From the IMG/VR virus record IMGVR_UViG_3300017792_000001, positions 200,697 to 264,696 of that record: a DNA stretch of 64,000 bases; one strand, given 5' to 3'. The notes under the pieces are model-generated. The model saw nothing but the letters and a program-made list of their open reading frames with translations, was not told where the DNA came from and searched no databases. The DNA comes from a virus. Its lineage: Duplodnaviria; Heunggongvirae; Uroviricota; Caudoviricetes. Position 1 is the first letter of the stretch. Each line of letters opens with the position of its first letter. This document shows, one piece after another, positions 27,952 to 35,886 of the stretch. A program made the translations under genes and the position numbers.

Positions 27952-29433
27952 ATGGCTAAGTCGAAAAAGAAGGACGTCGCTGTTATTGACGTCTCGGGAG
28001 ATTCAGTCCCGTCGAAGAAGAAAGGCAAGAAGGGTAAAGCCCTTGCCGAGGTTGCACCGTTCAATCCCTATGCTCACTTGGGCACTGAGATTGACGCGAT
28101 GGAAAAGAAGTTCGGCCTGACGTCGATGGCAGTGAGCGAATCGGAAGATCGCCTGTCCACCGGCCTCCTGTCGATTGACGTGAACCTCGCTGGTGGTCTG
28201 CTGCCGGGTGGCTGGTACACGTTCTTCGGTGGTGAACAGTCGTGTAAGTCCACGCTCGCCACCACAGCAATGGGTTCGATTGCAACTAACGCCACGTTCC
28301 AAGGCATTGGTGCAATGTTCGACTACGAAGGTTCGTTCCAGGCTGACTACGCCGAGAACATCTTCAAGTACATGAACCACGGCAAGCGCATTTCGGTTGA
28401 TAACGTCTTCGGCGTGAAAGACCAGAAGGGTTGGGTTATCCCACCGCGCGTTCGCTACTACGCACCGTCTGTTGGTGAAGACTTCTACAACTGGCTCGCC
28501 AAGCTTGAGAAGACTCTGCCAGACCTGATTCAAGAAGATGGCAAGTTCTACTACATCTTCGAGAACACCAAGGTCAACCAGAAGGCGCTGTCCGGCAAGT
28601 ACGACAAGGACTTCTTCCGTCGTGAAGGTAAGTTCCGTCTGCCTGCCCCGAACGGTATGCCGCAAGCGGTCGTACTCGTTGACTCGTATCCTGCGATGGT
28701 CCCTAAACAGACCGACGACAAGGACGAGGGCGACAAGTCCCTGGGTTCACAAGCCCGTATGCACGCTGCAAACTTGCCGCGTGTGAAAGGCGCAATGCGT
28801 TCGAAGCGGATCATCGTGCTGGGTATCAACCAGTTGCGTGACATCCCGATGGCCATGTACGGCCCGACCGAACAAGAACCTGGCGGTAAAGCGCTGCGCT
28901 TCTACTCCGACTGTCGTTTGAAGATGACTTCGGTCAGCGTTCCCCACGCCAAAGGCCAGTTCGAGGAAGAAGACACAATCTCCGGTGAAGGTGCTGACAA
29001 GTACCGCTACCTGAAGTGCAAGGTGCAGAAGAACAAACTCGGTGGCCCACAAGCCGCTGAAATCTCGCTGCGCATTCGCGTTTCGGACGCCGATGGTAAC
29101 GCCTCCGGTTTCTGCCGGTGCTGGGACGCATACCAGTACCTGAAGATGACTGGGCAACTCGGTGGCAATCGCAAGAAGCTCAAGTTCCTGACTGGCCCGC
29201 TCGAAGGCATCACTGTCTCCTGGCTCCAGTTCAAGGCCCTGATCGACGGCGATGCAGCGATGATCAAGAAAGGCTGCGAGAAGCTGAAAGTGAAACCGTT
29301 CCGCTTGTACGAATGGTGTCGCAAACAGGTTGTCGAGAAGCAAGCCTATCCTCTGCTCAAGGCTGCCATCAAAGCCGAGAACACCAAGTCCAAGCAGCCT
29401 GCGGAAATCGCTGAGGGTGCTGACGAGGAGTGA
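27952..29433 (+). CDS. recA: RecA/UvsX-like recombinase
   Basis: STGLLSIDVNLAGGL, GGEQSCKST, VLVDS, LGSQAR, INQLR, PGGKALRFYSDCRL, KNK. Confidence 0.92.
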   Translation: MAKSKKKDVAVIDVSGDSVPSKKKGKKGKALAEVAPFNPYAHLGTEIDAMEKKFGLTSMAVSESEDRLSTGLLSIDVNLAGGLLPGGWYTFFGGEQSCKSTLATTAMGSIATNATFQGIGAMFDYEGSFQADYAENIFKYMNHGKRISVDNVFGVKDQKGWVIPPRVRYYAPSVGEDFYNWLAKLEKTLPDLIQEDGKFYYIFENTKVNQKALSGKYDKDFFRREGKFRLPAPNGMPQAVVLVDSYPAMVPKQTDDKDEGDKSLGSQARMHAANLPRVKGAMRSKRIIVLGINQLRDIPMAMYGPTEQEPGGKALRFYSDCRLKMTSVSVPHAKGQFEEEDTISGEGADKYRYLKCKVQKNKLGGPQAAEISLRIRVSDADGNASGFCRCWDAYQYLKMTGQLGGNRKKLKFLTGPLEGITVSWLQFKALIDGDAAMIKKGCEKLKVKPFRLYEWCRKQVVEKQAYPLLKAAIKAENTKSKQPAEIAEGADEE

Positions 29434-29461
29434 TCTGCTCGCTGCCTGATTTTTGATCAAC

Positions 29462-29546
29462 TTGACTTCGATTTTGTGATGTGATACAATGACTTGCTGA
29501 TCGAAGTCGAGCTTGATTCATATTGGTTACGCGATTAGGTTAGGTT
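29462..29546 (+). promoter_or_regulatory. Early sigma70-type promoter D with conserved downstream element
   Basis: TTGACT-17-TACAAT with extended TG; TATTGGTT-N7-TAGGTTAGGTT. Confidence 0.8.
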
Positions 29547-29660
29547 TATGCGACATAAAAAGTTTGCAAGGTATATTGCAACTCCAGTCACCGAGCATGA
29601 TGCTTTGTGCCTGCAAATCCAGCGCTCATATTCGGCGCTGCAACCTGATGGGCGAGTAAG

Positions 29661-29667
29661 TAATTTA
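29661..29667 (+). promoter_or_regulatory. TAATTTA candidate late promoter
   Basis: Same heptamer precedes the structural operons. Confidence 0.55.
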
Positions 29668-29699
29668 CTCACTTGTCACTTTGGCTACAGGGGATTGCC

Positions 29700-30854
29700 A
29701 TGTTAGACTCTTACATCAAAGAGTTGGATAAGAAACACGCAGACAAAACCAACACCGACACCACTCCACAGGAAGTGCCGCAAACGTTGGTCATCTTGTA
29801 TAAGCTGGCATCGAAGTTGAATCAGTTCATCACTGTGGAACTGCTCAAGCCAGAAACCAAGATGTATCCCAGGTCTTTGAAGGCCGTCTTGGTTCCACTT
29901 ATCGAAGGTATCGACGCATCCGACCAGCAGTTGAAAACGCTGCGCGTTGGTGCTGACACTCGGGCTACCGTGCCTGAAGGCTTCAACAAAATCCTCAGCC
30001 GCCTGAATCGGGTGTCTGTCGAGATTGCGAACGCCACGATCTACGCCGATAAGGAAGAACGTCTCACCCGCCGGGAACTCATGCAGATTTACCATGATTC
30101 GTTCCCGTTCGCCGACTTGAAACAGGCGCTCGAAAAGCACATCGAACTCGTCCGTGCCAATCGCTTGAAAGAGCGTATGCACCTGACTCACACTGACCGC
30201 GACAACATCGTTGCTGATGGCAAGCCGTACACGCCACCTGCAAACGAAAGTGAAGCGAACAAGGTGCTGCGTCAACAGGCTGAACTGCGCCGGAAATCGG
30301 CAATGGGTACAGCACTGGGTCAGAAGATCGACAGCTACAAGCGCGCTTACTCCAAACTGCCCACCTCGCTGAAAGGCCTGCCATTCGCAGCACTCCGGAT
30401 GCCGATTGTCCCTGACTTCAAGGACATGGGGTTGCAGATTGAACCAGAGAAGAAGTTGAAGTCCCTGGGTTTCAAAGTCACCGTACTGTCCGATGCGTTC
30501 GTCGTACTCGAAGACCAATTCCTCCTCGCGTTCGACCACAAGCAACTCGACATCGATACAGGCGTGCGCAAGAACAAGGCAGGCGCTTTCGTCGTCGTTC
30601 GCAAGACCGGCCCGAAAGAAACCCTTGAACACAACGAGACAACCGACAAGTTGCTCAAGTTCATTGACAGCATCAACGAGAAAAGCCACGAACGTTACGC
30701 TCTAGGCTCGACGGTGTTTGTTCCAAACCCACGTAACTCAAAGCTGTGGCTGGCTTGGGTAGTGCGTGAGAATCAGCGCAAAGGTATTGCGCAGATGGCA
30801 TCAACGGTAGAAGCAGGCTGGGGCTTGCCCCTCAGTATCCTCGAAAATGAGTAA
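29700..30854 (+). CDS. Hypothetical protein
   Basis: AGGGG RBS then ATG 29700. Confidence 0.7.
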   Translation: MLDSYIKELDKKHADKTNTDTTPQEVPQTLVILYKLASKLNQFITVELLKPETKMYPRSLKAVLVPLIEGIDASDQQLKTLRVGADTRATVPEGFNKILSRLNRVSVEIANATIYADKEERLTRRELMQIYHDSFPFADLKQALEKHIELVRANRLKERMHLTHTDRDNIVADGKPYTPPANESEANKVLRQQAELRRKSAMGTALGQKIDSYKRAYSKLPTSLKGLPFAALRMPIVPDFKDMGLQIEPEKKLKSLGFKVTVLSDAFVVLEDQFLLAFDHKQLDIDTGVRKNKAGAFVVVRKTGPKETLEHNETTDKLLKFIDSINEKSHERYALGSTVFVPNPRNSKLWLAWVVRENQRKGIAQMASTVEAGWGLPLSILENE

Positions 30855-31362
30855 GCAGGAGAAGTATCAGGAAGGGTTGTGTTTGATCTGCACCCGACAC
30901 TTCTCTACGCTGCACTGGCACCACACAGTACCGCAAGCACTTGGCGGCAAGGACAGTTTGCAGATTCCACTCTGCGGTTCTTGTCACACGCAACTCCATG
31001 CGCATGCGGAGGGAATCGTTGCCCAACAACGTGGTGGCCGGAAGATAGGTCGCAACTACTGGACCGATCACACGCAAGAAGAAAATGCAAAACCCTACTT
31101 AGAAATACTCGTGACATCCATCATGAACGCTCCAGCTTCTCTCGCAGGGAAGATGTACATGATCCAGTCGCGCATTCCAGCTGAGGTGCATCGTGCGCTT
31201 CATCTGTACAAGATGGATTCAGGGCTTCGGAACCTAGACCAAGCTCTGCTACTATGTCTCTCAGAGACACTCAAGAAAAAGGGTTATCTAAATGGAAATG
31301 ACAAACCGGACTCGTCGTCAAGTAAAGGCGAGCCTAAAAAGCCAGCAGCCCCTCTGTGGTGA
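30847..31362 (+). CDS. HNH-family nuclease domain protein
   Basis: CLIC...HWHHTVPQALGG...LCGSCH. Confidence 0.8.
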   Translation: MSKQEKYQEGLCLICTRHFSTLHWHHTVPQALGGKDSLQIPLCGSCHTQLHAHAEGIVAQQRGGRKIGRNYWTDHTQEENAKPYLEILVTSIMNAPASLAGKMYMIQSRIPAEVHRALHLYKMDSGLRNLDQALLLCLSETLKKKGYLNGNDKPDSSSSKGEPKKPAAPLW

Positions 31363-32131
31363 CTGCGTAGGACTCAAATGCGAAAAGTTGATTGGTGACA
31401 ACAAGCAGGTTTGCTCCAAGTTAGGTAAGACAGCGACGTCCAAAACGTGCCCGCATTTCATCGCCGACACGAAACCCCTCCAGCCGTTGCTCAAGCGCGA
31501 TGCCTTCGACGCTTTGTCACGACTGCTCCAGGAAATTCCCAAAGACGCACTCCGCAATGTCGCCTCGTTGTTGTACAATGAGAAGAAGACACGGGCTGCC
31601 GGGTATTTCTTCGGCCAGAAAGTTTACGTGCGTTATCGCGGTGCAGCAAACGCCGACTACCTGAGCAACTTCATGATCGCTCGGGTCATGTCCGTAAACA
31701 GCGAATTCATTCGCCTCACCTCGCAAGACGGTAAGTGCAACCTCACCTTCATGAAGAAGACCTGTCAGGAGATTATCCTGTCGGTTGACGAGTTCGACGA
31801 ACTCCGGAAGAAGATGGTTGCCAAGGGTCGTCTCGTTGACCCTGACGTCAAGAAGCTCATTGCCAAGAAGTACCGAGCCGAGGAGGAGTACGAACTGAAC
31901 ATGAACAGCGAGAGCGCTGGTGGTCAAGTCACGACCATCGACTCCGTGTTCAAAGAAAACAACCTCCCACGTCGCAAGCCCAAGAAGACCGTCGATCTGG
32001 TCGATCTGGTCAATGGTCTTATGGCTGGACACACCGACGTTGACAAGGCATCCAAGGGCTACAAGCGACCGAGCGACAAGCGCAAGACCAGCAACTCTGG
32101 TTACGAACGCATTGACGTATCGGGGGATTGA
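31292..32131 (+). CDS. Hypothetical protein with Cys-rich N-terminus
   Basis: CGDC..C..C..CPHF. Confidence 0.65.
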   Translation: MEMTNRTRRQVKASLKSQQPLCGDCVGLKCEKLIGDNKQVCSKLGKTATSKTCPHFIADTKPLQPLLKRDAFDALSRLLQEIPKDALRNVASLLYNEKKTRAAGYFFGQKVYVRYRGAANADYLSNFMIARVMSVNSEFIRLTSQDGKCNLTFMKKTCQEIILSVDEFDELRKKMVAKGRLVDPDVKKLIAKKYRAEEEYELNMNSESAGGQVTTIDSVFKENNLPRRKPKKTVDLVDLVNGLMAGHTDVDKASKGYKRPSDKRKTSNSGYERIDVSGD

Positions 32132-32134
32132 CCT

Positions 32135-33268
32135 GTGGATAGTTTGTGCTCAGCAATTCGTCACGTACTCAAAATGGATCTGGAGTCTGATCGTGCCAAG
32201 CAAGTCGCACAGGCAACAGTTCTGTACCTCTGCGGTGTCACTGACGCCTACGAGTACCAGCACTACATGAAGGCGAATGTCCGGTTTCGTGATCTGGACA
32301 TTAGTGCGAAGGACTTCCGATTGATGCTGATCGAAAAGTCCTACTTTACGTTGAACGTCAAGTTCTGCGCCCTCAACCTCTGTAAAGTAGCAGTGTCACA
32401 GGACAGTTTGCAGCACTACGCCAATGCGTTTGAGATTGTGCGTAATGATGCGGTGATGCTGCGCCGTGTGTTCGAAGATCGGAAGTTCCGTCGCAACATG
32501 CGGGCGAGCGACCGACTGCAAGACATTCGACTCAAGGACATTGAAGAAGGTAGCGTCGAGAAGACGCAAGCGGACTTCAACGATATGTACCATGAGTTGA
32601 TGAAACACATCCGCCAGAAAACATTCAAGAAACTGCGATTCTTGGTGAAAGCGGAGAACAGTGAGTTCTCGGACTTTAACGGCGAACTCCTGTACAAAGC
32701 AATTAAGGCCTACTATATGATCGTCCCTACACAGAAGACGACAGCGCATGTGCTCAACTATCTCCGCAGTACCTGCACCAACCATGCGCTGAACATCATT
32801 GGCATGAAGACCTCGGACAAGCGTCGCCGATTGAGCAACGTCGGTGGTGATGGATTTGGAGGCAACAACTTTAGCCTCACCTGTGTTTCTGAAAACCAGT
32901 TGGTGAAAGTCGATGGAGAGGACGGCCTGAGTTATGAAGGCTCGTTGAATGACCAGAACCACTCGGACAATAGCAACATGATTTCGGAGCTCAACTTCGA
33001 GCGCGTCGTGCAGCAGTACGGGAGGTCCAATCTTCGCCGTCGTGCGATCCAGATAGTTGCTGGTCAGGAAGATTCACGCTTTACTCGCTACCTGCGCGTG
33101 CGTGAGTTCATTCGTCCTGAAGAAGATTGCACCGATTTTGTCACCCGCACCAAACACGAAAATGTTGTCGTGTACCTCGCTGATCACCTCGGCGTACCCA
33201 CGAAGCGCCTCGAAAAGTTCCTGAAAAAGGTGGGAACTGAATTGATCAAACACAGGAGCGTTGCATGA
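32135..33268 (+). CDS. Candidate second (late, gp55/ECF-like) sigma factor
   Basis: Helical protein with a region-2-like segment ELLYKAIKAYY...LNYLRSTCTNHALNII; weak similarity judged by eye. Confidence 0.4.
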   Translation: MDSLCSAIRHVLKMDLESDRAKQVAQATVLYLCGVTDAYEYQHYMKANVRFRDLDISAKDFRLMLIEKSYFTLNVKFCALNLCKVAVSQDSLQHYANAFEIVRNDAVMLRRVFEDRKFRRNMRASDRLQDIRLKDIEEGSVEKTQADFNDMYHELMKHIRQKTFKKLRFLVKAENSEFSDFNGELLYKAIKAYYMIVPTQKTTAHVLNYLRSTCTNHALNIIGMKTSDKRRRLSNVGGDGFGGNNFSLTCVSENQLVKVDGEDGLSYEGSLNDQNHSDNSNMISELNFERVVQQYGRSNLRRRAIQIVAGQEDSRFTRYLRVREFIRPEEDCTDFVTRTKHENVVVYLADHLGVPTKRLEKFLKKVGTELIKHRSVA

Positions 33269-33627
33269 ACACTATCGACGCTTGCGTTCTCGAAAAAGCG
33301 GCATTTGCCTGTTTCGGGAATAAGTTGGAAGACAGCTTCAAACGATTGCTGTTTCTCAACATCGACAAGTATGTGAGTGAAAACCCGAACTGCACGGCTA
33401 ACCAGTGCTACTTCAAAGTCCTTGAACTGATGGCAGTTGAACGCCCGGACTTTGACGCTGCCGTTCGCGCAATGAAAACCCCGTTTCAGCGGCTGTCGAT
33501 CAACTCGTATGTCCGTAACAAGAAACAGTACATTCACCTGGTCCCATCTGAAAGTGAAAACTGGAAAGTATGGGTGAAAACCGTAACCGAGAACTACCCG
33601 GAGTTGACTATCTGGGTTAATGGGTAA
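33265..33627 (+). CDS. Hypothetical protein
   Basis: AGGAG RBS; ATGA overlap. Confidence 0.65.
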   Translation: MNTIDACVLEKAAFACFGNKLEDSFKRLLFLNIDKYVSENPNCTANQCYFKVLELMAVERPDFDAAVRAMKTPFQRLSINSYVRNKKQYIHLVPSESENWKVWVKTVTENYPELTIWVNG

Positions 33628-33632
33628 GACCA

Positions 33633-35096
33633 ATGCCAGCGCTGCTATTTGATCAAGACTCGGAAATTCGGTGTATCAAGACGCTCACCGACGAGTCGAT
33701 ACCTTCAGGTTTGCGCAGCACACTTCTCGGCAAGCTAAGTAAGGAGCATTTCTATAATGCTCCTACTCTGGCAGCATTCAACCGGATCGACACCCTAGCC
33801 AAAAAGCGCTTTGAGATTGTAGACCTCAACTCGCTGGTCGCCGATCCGGTGATCGACGAAGATTTGCGCGATATCCTAAAATCGCAAGTACGAAAAAAGA
33901 AGTCATGCAGTAACAAGAAACAAGTTTCGAACATGCTGGATGTTCTCGAACGCTACCGCAAGATCCGCGCAGTCTATGGCATTGCCCAGGACAGCTTCAA
34001 GGAGCTTGAGAAGTCCGAGATTGACATCGACACCCTGTTGAACAAGGTGACTGAGGCCGTAGCGCGTGCGAATGCCTCTCTCGCCGAAGACCAGTTCTTC
34101 CTGAACTTTGGTGTGAACGACACCTCTGCTCAGATCGTTGACCAAGTGATCAATCGCAAGGTCAGCCCGCGTATCAAGACTGGTTGGGTTGAATACGACA
34201 AGCGAAACGGTGGACTGCCAGAGCATGGCGTGTTCATTATCTCCGCGACAACTTCTGGCGGTAAGTCTGTTCTCGCCATGAACCTTGCAGTGCGTCTGTA
34301 CCGCAAGAACAAGAAGTCCGTGTGTCGTATCTCGCTTGAGATGGATGAAGAACAAGAGACTCGCCGGATGGCGTCTCACTTGACCAAGATTCCGTTCAAC
34401 AAGTTCAAGGATAACAAACTCAGTATGGCTGACAAGGCCAACGTGAAGAAAGCCTTCGAGGACTTCTCTGCGTTCGGTCTGAAACACGGCATCGCCTACA
34501 CTACGATTTCCCCGACTCGCGCTGTGTCTATTCACGACGTGTTCCGGATGATCAAGGCGTTTGCATACCAGATCATCATGATCGACTACATCGGTCTGCT
34601 TGCTGGTATGGACTCCGAGAGCCAGTGGTTCCAACTGAGCGAAGTAGCTGCCCACTCCAAGCGCTTCTCGCGTGAAGGTAGTAAGGCACTGGTCATCATT
34701 CTTGCCCAGCTCGATGATACGACCGACAAGCTGCGTTACTCCAAGGGTATCAAAGAACACGCCGACACCATGTGGCAATGGAACTACACGAAGCCTGAAC
34801 AACGTGACGTCCGCATTCTGCCGATCCGCGTTGAGAAAGATCGTGATGGTGAAGTGTTCAACTTCGACCTGGCTGAGCGGTATGACATCATGACCGCAGA
34901 GAACATGCCAGATAGCGCTGTCGATTATTCAGAGGAAGACGAAGATGCGCCGGCCAAAAAGTCCAAAAAGGACAAAGGCGGCAAGTCAGGAAAAGGAAGT
35001 AAAGGCGAGAAAGACGGTAGCAAGAAGAAAAAGAAAGTCCGAGCAACCACTAACGATGACGATGACGACTCCCCAGCAGAGTATGCCCTCGCTTAG
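33633..35096 (+). CDS. dnaB: Replicative DNA helicase (DnaB/SF4)
   Basis: IKTGW..D...GG, ATTSGGKS, SLEM, IMIDYIGLL, ILAQL, IKEHAD, KDRDG. Confidence 0.92.
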   Translation: MPALLFDQDSEIRCIKTLTDESIPSGLRSTLLGKLSKEHFYNAPTLAAFNRIDTLAKKRFEIVDLNSLVADPVIDEDLRDILKSQVRKKKSCSNKKQVSNMLDVLERYRKIRAVYGIAQDSFKELEKSEIDIDTLLNKVTEAVARANASLAEDQFFLNFGVNDTSAQIVDQVINRKVSPRIKTGWVEYDKRNGGLPEHGVFIISATTSGGKSVLAMNLAVRLYRKNKKSVCRISLEMDEEQETRRMASHLTKIPFNKFKDNKLSMADKANVKKAFEDFSAFGLKHGIAYTTISPTRAVSIHDVFRMIKAFAYQIIMIDYIGLLAGMDSESQWFQLSEVAAHSKRFSREGSKALVIILAQLDDTTDKLRYSKGIKEHADTMWQWNYTKPEQRDVRILPIRVEKDRDGEVFNFDLAERYDIMTAENMPDSAVDYSEEDEDAPAKKSKKDKGGKSGKGSKGEKDGSKKKKKVRATTNDDDDDSPAEYALA

Positions 35097-35097
35097 T

Positions 35098-35883
35098 ATG
35101 TCACTGTTCGGAATCACCGAGCCCACGGAGGAGGATAATACCCCCACCGTGGCATTCCAGGGAGTGCGCAGGGTCGTTGACCTTCGCATTCCCACTTCTG
35201 TTTCCCGCGCCAAGAAACCCAAGCCGAAAGTAGTGCCCACCCTCGGGCATTCGATCAGCTTTTCTGACAAAGCCCCAGTTCAGGAAGTAGACGAAGATGA
35301 TGACGGCGTTGGCGAGGTCTACGACGACCGCGTTGAAATCGACATTCCCGACGATTACTATGACAAGCTCACACGTCAAAAAGCCACCCCAGAAACACCC
35401 CAGTATGACGTGGTTGGAGACAATGAATTCGAGGTTCCAGACGAACTTATCCGTGAGATTCAAGTAGACACTGACACACGCGAGAAGCTCCTGCGTGACG
35501 TATTATTCGAGCAAGCCAGCCTCCTGTACGCATACGACGATGCTTCTAATTTTGTAGAAGCAGTTATGTGTGACGGACTGGAAATGGAAGTCGAAATGGA
35601 CAGAGAGATTCTGCCAGAGGCTTTCGTTCCCCTTTCTCGATTGAGTGTTCTATCCGCCTTCATTGATCAGTGCAGTTTAAGCGACCAAGTTAAGAAAGCC
35701 CTCATGGGCAGACTGACTGTTCGCACTGCGGATGAAATGGTGTTGGCGATGCACAAGTCGAAAGCTCCGGGCGCACTAGCCGCATTGCACAAGCAATATG
35801 CAGCTACGGTGACTCGGTCCGGTGTACAACCTGATGCAGAGGCACCCCAGAATACCGTCGGTGTTCGCGCATCCAGGAAGTAA
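35098..35883 (+). CDS. Hypothetical protein (possible terminase small subunit, by position only)
   Basis: Immediately upstream of the large terminase; start 35083 or 35098. Confidence 0.5.
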   Translation: MSLFGITEPTEEDNTPTVAFQGVRRVVDLRIPTSVSRAKKPKPKVVPTLGHSISFSDKAPVQEVDEDDDGVGEVYDDRVEIDIPDDYYDKLTRQKATPETPQYDVVGDNEFEVPDELIREIQVDTDTREKLLRDVLFEQASLLYAYDDASNFVEAVMCDGLEMEVEMDREILPEAFVPLSRLSVLSAFIDQCSLSDQVKKALMGRLTVRTADEMVLAMHKSKAPGALAALHKQYAATVTRSGVQPDAEAPQNTVGVRASRK

Positions 35884-35886
35884 GCC

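Noticed and set aside
30847-31362. HNH gene as a mobile homing endonuclease or intron
   Set aside because: It overlaps both neighbours like a resident operon gene and interrupts no conserved gene
3234-32386. Extra CTGTAAA hits inside genes (about 3234, 11075, 15879, 32380)
   Set aside because: Mostly far from downstream starts and compatible with chance; not called as promoters
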